Shown: positions 10,769 to 21,218 of the stretch, piece after piece
Layout of the letters: the number at the start of each line of letters is the position of its first letter
Numbering within the stretch: position 1 is the stretch's first letter
Source: a virus
Lineage: Duplodnaviria > Caudoviricetes
DNA: 64,000 bases
IMG/VR virus record: IMGVR_UViG_3300043021_000113
Strand: one strand, 5' to 3'
Made by a program: the position numbers and the translations under genes
Notes under the pieces: generated by a model
What the model was told of the DNA's origin: nothing
What the model saw: only the letters and a program-made list of their open reading frames with translations
Databases searched by the model: none

Positions 10769-11044
10769 TTAATTGTTGTTATTAAGACAGCTTGTAGATT
10801 TTGGTGGATCGTAATGATCCAGCAATCTGTCTATTGCATTTCTGCATTTGAAATACTCATAACTATCTATTACAGCCGCTTGTAAATCTTGGTTCATTTT
10901 AGGATAGTTATCGTGAAATTCTTTGCTTAAATCATCGTAGCCTTCTTTGATTAGCTCTACTTTCTTTAATAACTCAACCAAGAGCTCATACTCCATATTG
11001 TATAACTTCTTCACATCAGCTACTATTGTATCGAAACTACGCAT
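10769..11044 (-). CDS. hypothetical protein
   Basis: 91 aa ORF within the operon. Confidence 0.5.
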   Translation of the reverse strand: MRSFDTIVADVKKLYNMEYELLVELLKKVELIKEGYDDLSKEFHDNYPKMNQDLQAAVIDSYEYFKCRNAIDRLLDHYDPPKSTSCLNNNN

Positions 11045-11070
11045 AGTTTATAAATAAGAAAAGCCAAAGA

Positions 11071-11472
11071 CTATTCTTTGGCTTTTTGATTTTTTAATAA
11101 TTCATAAAATGCTTTTTTATCAAGCATTACAAATTCGCCCATTGAGACGCATTTTTGTTCTTTTTTTACTTGTGACTTCCAAAAAATAGCAAGTGGCTTA
11201 TCTTTTATTTTACAGGCTGCTTGTAGCTTTGCCGGATTTGGGCAATTTTGGGTACATTTCACTTGAATCAGAAAATTTAAAATATTTTCACGATCTACTA
11301 CATCAACTCCTGCATCATCTAAACGTTTACTTTCAGATCTAGCAGAAACTAAAGAATTAGTATTGTATAGTTCGTTAAGCTCTTTTATAATTTGCAATTC
11401 ATAACGATTCCCCTTTTTTTTCGAATAAGCACCCCTAAATGTTTTTTTATTTTCATTTTTTAATTCAGCCAT
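11071..11472 (-). CDS. Holliday junction resolvase-like PD-(D/E)xK nuclease
   Basis: KKGNRYE...GVDV...IQVK. Confidence 0.7.
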   Translation of the reverse strand: MAELKNENKKTFRGAYSKKKGNRYELQIIKELNELYNTNSLVSARSESKRLDDAGVDVVDRENILNFLIQVKCTQNCPNPAKLQAACKIKDKPLAIFWKSQVKKEQKCVSMGEFVMLDKKAFYELLKNQKAKE

Positions 11473-12487
11473 TCAACCATTTTTTAAGTGTAAATTCTAC
11501 TTTATCTTTGCCATATAGTTTTACAGCGTCACTAATATCTTTTACTTTATATTTGCGAGGAATCCACATGAACTCAAGCTCTGAGTATTTTTTCTTTATA
11601 TGTCGCATATTCCCGATGCCTACAAGATCATTATCAAAAAAAACAATTATTCTTTTAAAACGCCCTTTAATTGTCTTTAACTGGTTTTCATGCATAAAAA
11701 GAGTTTCTGAACAAGGCGCAATAGCTGGAAACCCCATTTCATATAAAACCATAACGTCTTTTAAACTTTTAGTTATAAATAAAACTTCCCCAGTCTTGGG
11801 TAACATGTGGGAACCTTGCATCATATATTTTGTCCAATTACTAATAAATTTGAATTTTTTTTGTCCTGGTCTGTAAATACGCCATAACTCTTCACCATCT
11901 TTCTTTCCTCCATAATAACCATACATGTTACAAGATAATTGAAAGTTAGCAAATAAAGCATTATTTAAAAATACATTTTTACATGAAAAAACCCTAAATT
12001 TATTTAAAGTTTCTTTTGTTATTCCTTGACTTTTCCACCAACGCAATTGATAAGGTGTGAATTCTTGAACCTCAACATTTATTTTCGCTCGTTCTGTCTT
12101 TTCTAAAATTTTATTTGAATAACTAATTTTTGGCGGATTTTTCTTGTGGTTCTTATATTCAACTAAGCCAAAGTCATTTGCAATTATTTTTAATGCTTCA
12201 ACAAATGTTACTTTGTATTTTTCCATTACAACACTAATGAAATTTCCACAGAAACCATTTCCAAAATCTTTCATTAGTAATTCTCCACGGTTATTCTTAT
12301 AGAACGAACACGTAGGAGTTCGGTCTGATCTTAAAGGAGATTTAAACAAACCTTTTCCTACGTGTACGCCTAAATAATGTTCCATGTACTTTTCTTGGCT
12401 ATGCTTTGAAAGTAAAAATTCTTTTGTTATGCGTTCTGCATATACTGGTATAGCGTCTTTCGGTAATTCAAAGCTTAGCTCCGTCAT
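11465..12487 (-). CDS. dnaG: DNA primase (Zn finger plus TOPRIM)
   Basis: SPLRSDRTPTCSF...KDFG; ITKSLKDVM...FDNDLVG...KDISD. Confidence 0.85.
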   Translation of the reverse strand: MTELSFELPKDAIPVYAERITKEFLLSKHSQEKYMEHYLGVHVGKGLFKSPLRSDRTPTCSFYKNNRGELLMKDFGNGFCGNFISVVMEKYKVTFVEALKIIANDFGLVEYKNHKKNPPKISYSNKILEKTERAKINVEVQEFTPYQLRWWKSQGITKETLNKFRVFSCKNVFLNNALFANFQLSCNMYGYYGGKKDGEELWRIYRPGQKKFKFISNWTKYMMQGSHMLPKTGEVLFITKSLKDVMVLYEMGFPAIAPCSETLFMHENQLKTIKGRFKRIIVFFDNDLVGIGNMRHIKKKYSELEFMWIPRKYKVKDISDAVKLYGKDKVEFTLKKWLNG

Positions 12488-12499
12488 GTTTATTTAAAA

Positions 12500-13216
12500 T
12501 TATAGTTCAAAATCCATGTCAATGTCTGATTCTGCAATTGGAGCTGTAGTTTCTGGATCTTCAATTGATAATGAATCAGAGTCTAAATTTGGCATGGTTG
12601 TTGGTTTTGCTGCTTGTTGAACAGCAATTGTTACCATTTCTTTATCAGTAAATTTCAATCCTTGTCCAATAAAATTGCTTCTCATAAAGCAAGAACCGGA
12701 TTTTGTATATCCAACAGGAAAACTTGGAAAAGATGCATAACCCTTGTTATTTGCTACTAGTTTAATTTGAGTTTTTGTATCAATTGCACTATTTACAATT
12801 TGTGCGATATATTTTGCATATTGTATAAAAACAGAATCTTTGCTTTTCGCAGGTGTAAATGGAGCTATTTTTCCAGTCTCCATATCTTTTACTAATTGAG
12901 GATTTACGCCAACCATTAAATGTTTAACGAACATTTGGAAACATTCAAATTTTGACGGATTTTTACCACCAAAGCTGTTAGCTTGTGGTTCCATATCTTT
13001 TGGATTGTTTACATCAAAGCCGAATTCTTTATGTTCAAAGCTTTTCCCATCTTCACTTTCAAATTTAACAACTAAAGCTTCGTAAGTCTCCGTTTTCTTT
13101 GCTTCTGCACCCTTAAATAGTACATCATGAATTTTGTTTTTCTCAAGATAATTACCGCCATTGCCGCTATTTACTGAATAGTTATTACCTGTTAAATTGA
13201 AATTAAAATTTGCCAT
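12500..13216 (-). CDS. probable single-stranded DNA-binding protein
   Basis: position in the replication block; acidic C-tail ESDIDMDFEL. Confidence 0.55.
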   Translation of the reverse strand: MANFNFNLTGNNYSVNSGNGGNYLEKNKIHDVLFKGAEAKKTETYEALVVKFESEDGKSFEHKEFGFDVNNPKDMEPQANSFGGKNPSKFECFQMFVKHLMVGVNPQLVKDMETGKIAPFTPAKSKDSVFIQYAKYIAQIVNSAIDTKTQIKLVANNKGYASFPSFPVGYTKSGSCFMRSNFIGQGLKFTDKEMVTIAVQQAAKPTTMPNLDSDSLSIEDPETTAPIAESDIDMDFEL

Positions 13217-13291
13217 CTTATAAAAAATTAAAATCTAAATTAATAATAAAAATTAAAATCTGTTGTTTTCAAGGTATTTTAAACACTACAA

Positions 13292-13819
13292 TTATAAATC
13301 TAAATTGAAATCAAAAGTTATTATTTCTTCTTCTTCTTTTTTATCTAAAGCTTCCGTTAAATTTTCTGTTTCTTCAACGTCTGCTTCAGTAAGCATTTTT
13401 ACATCAGAATTTCCAATTAATTTGTAAATCATCTTTTCGTGTAATTCAAGCTTGAATTCGTCACCATATATTTTTAACGCTTCAGCTTGTTTGCCTCTAT
13501 AACTAATGGTAAGTTTTTTCGTTAATTTATTACCATTGAGGCTTTGTCCCATGTTTTGTTCTGTTCCTATAACTGGAACGAAAACATCGTTAATTTGAAT
13601 GTATTGCACGCAAATCTTATCGCCTACTTTTGCGCCTATAAGATCTACGGCAGCTTGGTTTAACTCTAAAGAGTTATTGACTAACTTGACGAAAGCTGTT
13701 GAAGGATCACTTGTTTTTTCTACTTTAGGAATAATTCCATTTATTACTTCAAACTTCTTTGTTGTACTTATTAGCACTCCATTTTCGTCAAAAATTTCAG
13801 TTGTTACTATTTGATACAT
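13292..13819 (-). CDS. hypothetical replication-block protein
   Basis: 175 aa ORF with an acidic tail. Confidence 0.55.
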   Translation of the reverse strand: MYQIVTTEIFDENGVLISTTKKFEVINGIIPKVEKTSDPSTAFVKLVNNSLELNQAAVDLIGAKVGDKICVQYIQINDVFVPVIGTEQNMGQSLNGNKLTKKLTISYRGKQAEALKIYGDEFKLELHEKMIYKLIGNSDVKMLTEADVEETENLTEALDKKEEEEIITFDFNLDL

Positions 13820-13831
13820 AATAATTTATAT

Positions 13832-14900
13832 TTAATTATTTTTCAAACTTGGAAACACCCTCGACCAGTGACTGATAAATTCTCCATCTTCTGTTCTTTC
13901 ACAAACAGTAATTACTTTATTTGCCAAATGTTTTGGTCTTGCTCCACACTCTACAGCATCACTTCTAAAATCAATAACAAGATTGCTGTTTTCATCTCTA
14001 AAAATATAGCCTATCGCGTCTGATTGACTAGCAAAATATCTTTTAGCTTGACCTGCTAAATCTAATGATTTTGTAATATCAGTTGCTGTCTCTGTTTCAA
14101 TTTGAGTTAATTTAACATGACCAACAATAATTACATTTTCACAAACACTAGCAAATAACTTAATAACCTTGCTCATAGCTTCTTTTACTAATGTAAAACC
14201 TTTTCCAAATGGCAACAAATCAAGGTTAATGTCCTTTTCGCTTTTTCCTTGAAGTTTTAATTTTGCCAAATACTTTTCGCCATCTTCTGTAATTAAAAAA
14301 TCTTTAATTGCCAAAGGTCTTACCATTTCAGCCAATGCTGTTATCGTATCAAGAACAATAAACTTATAAGGATTGCCAGCATCTTTAATTGCTTTTACTA
14401 ATTCTTGAATTTCTTTAATAGAATTGATTGAAACTTTACATGCTGAAATGAACGTACTGCCTTGTTCCATATCCACGAGCAGCGAGTTGGGTAATTCTGC
14501 CAATAATGTTGTCTTGCCGCAATTTGTTATCATTAGAGCTTTTTATCTCTAATTTCTGGCGGTTTCCCGCTTACTTGGTCCAACATTTAAAACCAAGATA
14601 TTCAGATTTAATCTGACAGTTCAGCGTACATCACACCCTATAATATAGGGGCTGGAGACTCTTGGAGGGATTATTGAACGTTAACCTCACCCTCTACGCG
14701 TTACAAGGGCCTATACGTTTTAGGTCCTCACGATATTGTCATGCGCTAATTTTAGCGTTTAGATTCTTTCGTTTTTCCCCAGTTTCATATATACATTACT
14801 GTATATATGGGCCGTTGACCTTTGGCGAACCGAATAAAATTAAATTCTTTGGATCCTGTGTTTCTGCTGCTACTTTTCCTTTAGGTAATGTTATAGCCAT
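13832..14900 (-). CDS. AAA_24/Sak4-like ATPase, spliced (exons 14900-14818 and 14519-13832)
   Basis: the join restores Walker A FGSPKV|GKTT; Walker B IVLDTIT. Confidence 0.85.
14520..14817 (-). mobile_element. group I intron 2 (298 nt, no endonuclease)
   Basis: exon ends in U and intron ends in G; P7-like GCGUA/UACGC; splits Walker A in frame. Confidence 0.8.
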
Positions 14901-14911
14901 AAATTATACTT

Positions 14912-15997
14912 TTATAATGTAAAACTAAAATCTATCTTTACTTCCTCTTTTTTTTCTTCCTTTAGACTGGAAGTTTTAAGGTTAATTAGCTTTTCGTAAT
15001 CGTCTATGTCTTCTGGTTCTGGGCATTCTTTAAAATAATTTATATTTCCCCAGAAATTTACAACAACATTTTTATCTGATTTTCCAAATCTTGATTTTAA
15101 AATTTGAATTATTCTTACATTATCAGACATTGCTTTAAAGTTGTAACCATCAAGTTTATTTAATTTTTCTCTATGTGGATTATAAACTCCAATTACAAGT
15201 TCTGAAGCTTGAGCTGGACCTGATGAATCACTCATATCTTCAAGACCTAATAATTGATAACTACCACTTCCAGACATTCTACGATCCATTGATTTAAAGC
15301 CTCTATTTGCTTGTTGAATCATAATAAATGTATTTTGACATTTATTTCTATAATAAATAGCAATGTTTGCTTCATCATCAATAGTTGCTTTAGATCCTTT
15401 TCCGTTATCTTTAGCTAATTTTACATGATCTATAATAACAAAATTGTATGATTCTTTATCTTTAAGAATGTAAGCTTCTTGATCATTTTCCATATCCACA
15501 AATCGTCCAAATTTAGAATTCCAATTTCTAATTGTTAAATCCATTTGCATTGGAACAATTGGAGTATCAACTATTGTTAATCTTTGTTCTATTGTTTCTA
15601 ACCAACTTTTAGCATCACAAACTATTTTGTATTTTTCATCATCTATTGCTTTAGTTAAACTTAAGACTTCATCATAAGATATAATTTCACCATATTCTTC
15701 GTAAATATAAATAGTAAGTAATTTTGCTAATAAAACTTCATCTGATAATTCAAAACTGAAATATAAAATATTAACATTAACGTTATTATTTATATATTCC
15801 ATTAATGGCTTATAAACATAAGAAAACAAAGCTTTTGAACTTTTACCACATCCACTATCACCAAAAATAGTGATGACATATCCACGTTGAATGCCATAAG
15901 TTAAAGCATCCAATTTAGGAATTCCAGTTGATAATCCAACATTTTTTCCTTGTTTACCTTTAACAATATTTTTGTAAAGTCTGTCTGTAATACTCAT
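14912..15997 (-). CDS. dnaB: DnaB-like replicative helicase
   Basis: STGIPKLD...GDSGCGKS...SFEL...IIDH...QQANR...KSRFG. Confidence 0.85.
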   Translation of the reverse strand: MSITDRLYKNIVKGKQGKNVGLSTGIPKLDALTYGIQRGYVITIFGDSGCGKSSKALFSYVYKPLMEYINNNVNVNILYFSFELSDEVLLAKLLTIYIYEEYGEIISYDEVLSLTKAIDDEKYKIVCDAKSWLETIEQRLTIVDTPIVPMQMDLTIRNWNSKFGRFVDMENDQEAYILKDKESYNFVIIDHVKLAKDNGKGSKATIDDEANIAIYYRNKCQNTFIMIQQANRGFKSMDRRMSGSGSYQLLGLEDMSDSSGPAQASELVIGVYNPHREKLNKLDGYNFKAMSDNVRIIQILKSRFGKSDKNVVVNFWGNINYFKECPEPEDIDDYEKLINLKTSSLKEEKKEEVKIDFSFTL

Positions 15998-16605
15998 TAC
16001 TCAAAAGTAATTTCTACGCCATAATCTAGCGCTCCATTTTCAAATTCATGCTTTAATATATCCCATCTTTGATTTCCAACATAACTTAATATTCCTTCAT
16101 TTAACATTCCTGCTTTATTGGCTTTTTCTGTTATTTCTAAAACTTCTTTGTGCTTTTCTGGATCAAATTTTATTGATTTACCATAAGCAAAGAAAAATTC
16201 ATCTAAGTTTCTATACCCTACATTTTCTTTGATAATATTTTTCAAGCTCATTGCTCTTCCATTTATTATCATAAAACTTGGGTAAGCTTCCCAAAGTTCT
16301 TTTCCCATTTGTCCAGAATGTTTCAAAAATATTTTAAGAAAAGTTTTGTTAAATTCTACGGAATTAGGACTAAATCTTGCACCTTCTACTGGGATAATAA
16401 AAGACTTTAAAATAACCTCTTTATTTTTAAGACCTATTAAAGAATTTTTGAATATTTCGTGACCATGTATTTTATACCATGTCATCAAATATTTTGGATT
16501 TGCTTCTTCATCTTGAGCCATAAAAATTGCTACGGCCAAGTCAATCTCATTGCTTGTTAAACCGTAATGTTGCATTAATTCAATTTTTCTTTCTATTGTT
16601 AGCAT
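15997..16605 (-). CDS. hypothetical protein (replication block)
   Basis: 202 aa ORF coupled to dnaB. Confidence 0.6.
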   Translation of the reverse strand: MLTIERKIELMQHYGLTSNEIDLAVAIFMAQDEEANPKYLMTWYKIHGHEIFKNSLIGLKNKEVILKSFIIPVEGARFSPNSVEFNKTFLKIFLKHSGQMGKELWEAYPSFMIINGRAMSLKNIIKENVGYRNLDEFFFAYGKSIKFDPEKHKEVLEITEKANKAGMLNEGILSYVGNQRWDILKHEFENGALDYGVEITFE

Positions 16606-16698
16606 TTCTTCATTTTATTTGAGCGTTAATCCGCACCAACGGTTTATTCAGCTTTATTGCGTGTTTAGCGTTGGCTAAAATGCAGAAAATGTATTTAT

Positions 16699-18995
16699 TT
16701 AACCTAAATATAAATTACCTGAATTGTCCCTTTCTCTATTATCTATTGATCCTTGACTTAAAACTATTTCTAAGTCTTCTTCATCAATTGTTATATAATT
16801 TGTATTACGACTTGCGTCATTATACCATTTTTCATCATTAGTTCCTCTAATTACTAAAGAAAAAATTTCAGAAATTTTGCCAGGAACATACCTGGCTGCT
16901 CTTCCTCGTTATGTTAATGAATAATCGCTACTTATTCACCAAGTATTAAAATACTTGCTATATGTTACCATATAGACCAGACTATCTCTTCATTTTTCAA
17001 TGTCTCCTGTTTCGGATTGCTTAATCCTACGCCTTACGGCTAGTCGTTACACCTTCTTATTTCTAAGCTTGGCTCGGTATTCTGCTTGTATTTACCGAAT
17101 TAAAGAGATTTAAAGAGAGCCACGTTTTAATTTATACTCTAACTTCCAGATAAAACCTTTACATGTTTTTTGACCACCAGTAGCTGCAGCTGCAATTTGA
17201 CCACCTTTTGATTTTTCATCAACTACTTTGCTTGCTTCTTTGTATGAATCATATTCAGCAATTTTGTTACCTTTCATATCATATTGTACAACATTACAAA
17301 AATACAAGCTATTTTTGTTAATATCGGATATATCACCCAATTGATCTCCTTTATATCTCCAAATGTAGCCGTGAGCATGTTTTCTTTTACCCTTACAGCA
17401 CATTGTAATTTTACTTCCTGATGATAAACCTTCTGCTCTTACTGCATCTTCTGTTATTGGATATTCTGCAATTTTTTCACCAAAAATGTTATACTGAACA
17501 ACAGCTTTGATATTTTTTCTTTTAAGAACTACTTCTCGATCATATACTCTAAACCCCATATGATCTCCACCAGCAGTTCCATTAGTTAATCTATACTGAT
17601 CCTTATATTTTGCAATATAATCTACTTCAGCTTCTTTAGCTTCTTCTATTGTGTCAAATTCATCTATCTGTTCTATTTTCGGGATTAACCCACCTTTTTG
17701 AAGATGTTTAATCCATGCTATTTTATGATAGTTTAAATCTGGACGTGCTATTACGTCTCTTAAATGACCTCTGAGGCGTTGTTCTAGAGTTCTTGTTGTT
17801 ATTCCAACATATCTGATCTCATCAGTTGTTGGATCTTTTAATACGTATACTTTGCATTTCATAATGAATGCAAAGATACGGAATAATATTTAAACTACCA
17901 AGTCGTTGTATAATTAAAACCAAGCATTAACCCTCTGTGTTTTCTGTATGTTAGAACTATTACCACTTAAAATTATTGCTAAATTAACATCTGGAACATC
18001 AAGTCCAACATCTATAGCTTTACTTGAATTTAACACACCTTTTTTACATGCTTTGAATTCTTCCATAATTTCTCCACGCTTTTTCTTAGTATGTTTACTA
18101 TGGAATGTATAGCCTCGTTGTATTTTTTCTGCTTCTTCTATTGTATGGCTAAATGTAATAGCCTTAGCATTAGGTCTAGCATCTAAAATCTTTTGTGCTA
18201 TTTCAATTTTCTTAGGGTGTTTAGTTACAAATTCTTTTCGTTTTCTCATCGCATAACTCCAAGAATAAGCAATAGCTCTTAATTCTTCATTTATAGTGTG
18301 TATAGTTGCTTTATAATCTTTATGCTCTTTAGGATAAGCACAAAGTTTTTTTGCATATTCTAATCTATATATATAAGATTTAGGCCCTATACTACATTTC
18401 ATGGCCAAATTAAAATCAAAATTAAATGTTGCAAAACTTTTTAAAAATTCTGCATTCCATTTATTATACTCTATCATATCAACATTTAAAAGTACTTTAT
18501 ATTCTCTAACAGGTGATAACCACCCATTATTTACAGCTTCATTAAATGTTATTATATCACAAACTGGAGCATATTTTTTAATTAAAATTTCTTTACCATC
18601 TAATCTTTCTAATGTAGCAGTAAGACATAAAATCAATTTATATTTAACACACTTAAAAATTGTAGAAAACATATTAGAACATACAGCGTGGGCTTCATCT
18701 ATTATCAATAAATCCACGATATGCTCATCTTTAATAATCGTATTAACAATTTTAACAGTTACACTTTTAACTAAATTATTTTTAATGACCATATCTTGCC
18801 ATTGTTTCTGTAATTCATCAGTTGGTACAGAAACAAGAACACTAAGATTTGGATTTTTAGTAAGTAAAGCATCTATTAATAATTTTGCAGTATGTGTTTT
18901 ACCTAACCAAAGCCGGTACTGTAGACACACGTAGCTCTACCTCCGGCTTTTTTCCATTTTCTTATTCCTTCTTTTTGCCGTTCTGTTCTATCCAT
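16699..18995 (-). CDS. superfamily 2 helicase; spliced (intron 16907-17929) and frame-broken at Walker A (18901-18905)
   Basis: MDRTERQ...STGFG / GKTH; IIDEAH; LTAT; GLDVP; the join restores motif VI QRV|GRAAR. Confidence 0.8.
16907..17929 (-). mobile_element. group I intron 3 carrying a GIY-YIG endonuclease
   Basis: core GUAACGACUA and GAGAUAGUC; terminal G; in-frame join in helicase motif VI. Confidence 0.85.
17110..17862 (-). CDS. intron-encoded GIY-YIG homing endonuclease with two NUMOD1-like repeats
   Basis: KVYVL...RYVGIT...RLRGH; VVQY...G..IAEY repeats. Confidence 0.85.
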   Translation of the reverse strand: MKCKVYVLKDPTTDEIRYVGITTRTLEQRLRGHLRDVIARPDLNYHKIAWIKHLQKGGLIPKIEQIDEFDTIEEAKEAEVDYIAKYKDQYRLTNGTAGGDHMGFRVYDREVVLKRKNIKAVVQYNIFGEKIAEYPITEDAVRAEGLSSGSKITMCCKGKRKHAHGYIWRYKGDQLGDISDINKNSLYFCNVVQYDMKGNKIAEYDSYKEASKVVDEKSKGGQIAAAATGGQKTCKGFIWKLEYKLKRGSL

Positions 18996-19003
18996 AAATT
19001 AAG

Positions 19004-19417
19004 TTATTTTTTTACTTTTTTTTGTTCAATTAATTTTTGAATTTTTAATTTGTAAATTGAAAGTTCAATATCTTCTGGGTTCGGGCTTACACCGTAAATT
19101 TCTATTGGTTCATCATTTTCAAGAATTGTATTATTGCTATTACTATAATAAAAATCTATATATTTATATATAGAAGCAGGAATAGCTGTTAAATTCTCCA
19201 AACTCTGCCAACAGTAATTCGCATTTTCAAGAGTTTTCACTCTATTTATAAATAAACTTGGGTTTTTTTCTAATTGACGCTTTAATACATCTTCAATTTT
19301 TACGTCACTATCTAGTACATGACCAGCTACTAGATCAATAATTGGTGCTGGTATTATTCTAACGTTAATCCTCGATATTTCGCTACTGCGTCGATCTGTC
19401 TCATTCTTTCTTCCCAT
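19004..19417 (-). CDS. hypothetical protein
   Basis: ORF; start uncertain. Confidence 0.45.
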   Translation of the reverse strand: MGRKNETDRRSSEISRINVRIIPAPIIDLVAGHVLDSDVKIEDVLKRQLEKNPSLFINRVKTLENANYCWQSLENLTAIPASIYKYIDFYYSNSNNTILENDEPIEIYGVSPNPEDIELSIYKLKIQKLIEQKKVKK

Positions 19418-20184
19418 TGCTTAATATGATTTGAAACTTCTTTTTTAAGGTTAAGTAATATTCTTTCTCTAAGAACCGTTAATTGTTCATCGGTCATCTC
19501 AGAATATTTTTTATTTTTTATTGTAACAATGGCTTTTAGTGCTTGATATGGCACACCTTGTGAACTAATTTTTAATTCTGTATCTTTATATATCCCTAAT
19601 TTTTCTTTTGCTACTTCTAGTGGTTCTTTTCCTTCTTCTTTGAGTTCTTCTAAATCTAATTTAGAAAACCAAATTCCTTTTTTAATAATAAACTTTAGTG
19701 GAGTATGCCTTTTTGAATGAGTACCTAATGCATCCAAACAACCTGCAATTACTAAATTAAGTGGTAAATTTTCAAATTCTACCGGGCAACCTTTGGTTAC
19801 ATCTGAAATTTTAAGAGTCTTTGGATCTACTCCAGAATTTTTGATTTCTTCTTGGAGTTTTTCATATAATGTATATCTTGGAATTCTGTTTTCTGAGTTT
19901 TCAAGACTTCTTAAAAATAATTCTACAGCACATCTGTTGATTTGATCATTTGCTATATCTAAAACTAAATATCGTCCAGGATCTGTTTTTGACGTATTAA
20001 ACAACATTGTTTTGCAATAATTGTTAAACGTGACTAACTGTTCTTGCGAAGCATCAATAAGCTTTATTTTTTCTTGTGTTATTACACCATCAACTTTTAT
20101 TTTTTTACCTTTCCAATAATATTTGGAAATTTCCATTTCAGCTTTTTTATTATCCAATGCTTCTTTCAATCTTTCTTTCAACAT
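19354..20184 (-). CDS. hypothetical protein
   Basis: 276 aa ORF. Confidence 0.65.
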   Translation of the reverse strand: MLKERLKEALDNKKAEMEISKYYWKGKKIKVDGVITQEKIKLIDASQEQLVTFNNYCKTMLFNTSKTDPGRYLVLDIANDQINRCAVELFLRSLENSENRIPRYTLYEKLQEEIKNSGVDPKTLKISDVTKGCPVEFENLPLNLVIAGCLDALGTHSKRHTPLKFIIKKGIWFSKLDLEELKEEGKEPLEVAKEKLGIYKDTELKISSQGVPYQALKAIVTIKNKKYSEMTDEQLTVLRERILLNLKKEVSNHIKQWEERMRQIDAVAKYRGLTLE

Positions 20185-20503
20185 CTTCTAAAGTGTTAAT
20201 TATCCTTTTAATAATCTTATCTAGCGTTTCATTATCTATTTTGTTTTTTACTTCGTAATCGTCATTCCAAGGAATCGTTTTTATATTATTAATTTTTACG
20301 TAACTATCCTTGCTTAACTTTGGGTGTGTAATAGGAATTAGATTTTCACTTCCTAAAGAGTTATTGCTTGTTATAGGTAAAACAAGCCAATTATAAGGCA
20401 CACCTGCCTTATTACAAAAAACTTTAACGCATACATACGGTCTCCGTTTTTCGTTTTCTTGAATAAAAATTAAACTACCTTCTTTTGCATTATATAGCTG
20501 CAT
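20150..20503 (-). CDS. PemK/MazF-like endoribonuclease
   Basis: EKRRPYVCV...LVLPITS...LSKDSYVKINNIKTI. Confidence 0.7.
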   Translation of the reverse strand: MQLYNAKEGSLIFIQENEKRRPYVCVKVFCNKAGVPYNWLVLPITSNNSLGSENLIPITHPKLSKDSYVKINNIKTIPWNDDYEVKNKIDNETLDKIIKRIINTLEDVERKIERSIG

Positions 20504-20813
20504 AAATTAAGAAATTTCCATCGTCAAGATCTTTCGAACTTCTCAGTTTCTCAAGTTCTAGATAGACGGCTGCTCGTTGTTTAAAACAAGCGGTTTTACT
20601 TAATAATGGCAACTGATAATTTGAATTTGGAGTTCTTCTTATATTTAAAATTGTTGGGTTATTGTTTTTTATATTAAAAGTTATTACCCTATTTTTAAAT
20701 ACCACATGATATAAATTATTTCCAGTTTGAATAACAGTTCCTGACTCAAAGATCATTTGCCATTCACTATCTGATACCAAGCATTCTGCTTGATATTTTC
20801 TTAAATCAAACAT
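20490..20813 (-). CDS. hypothetical protein
   Basis: ORF overlapping the start of the MazF-like gene. Confidence 0.5.
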   Translation of the reverse strand: MFDLRKYQAECLVSDSEWQMIFESGTVIQTGNNLYHVVFKNRVITFNIKNNNPTILNIRRTPNSNYQLPLLSKTACFKQRAAVYLELEKLRSSKDLDDGNFLIYAAI

Positions 20814-20826
20814 ATCTTTTAAATTT

Positions 20827-21132
20827 TTACATTATTATTTCATCTTCTGGTCCTTTTGTTTCTTTTATGAATTTTCGAAATGCAATATAAGTATTTTTGT
20901 ATAAATCAGTTTTTCCTGATTTGTAATATTCAGATTTTCCCGCTATTACATATTCAACCTCTATATACCCAGTAGCTCCTTTTTGTGGCAAACACCATTG
21001 CCACCTTGGAAATCTGGTTGTAATGTAAATTTGGTTTGTTTCTAAATCTTTAAATACTAAATAGCTATATTCTGTGGAATAAACACTTTCTAAAACTTCA
21101 CAATGAAAAAACATTAAACCTGGTTGTAACAT
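20827..21132 (-). CDS. hypothetical protein
   Basis: 101 aa ORF. Confidence 0.55.
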   Translation of the reverse strand: MLQPGLMFFHCEVLESVYSTEYSYLVFKDLETNQIYITTRFPRWQWCLPQKGATGYIEVEYVIAGKSEYYKSGKTDLYKNTYIAFRKFIKETKGPEDEIIM

Positions 21133-21218
21133 ATTAAATAAAATTTTAACATTTTAAAATTTCATCTAATACTTATTAATTTTTAACGGCCGGTAAGTAA
21201 GTCAAATCAGCCGCGGAT

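Noticed and set aside
18901-18930. Helicase start MCLQYRLWL as given in the ORF track
   Set aside because: The credible N-terminus with the first half of Walker A is in another frame starting at 18995
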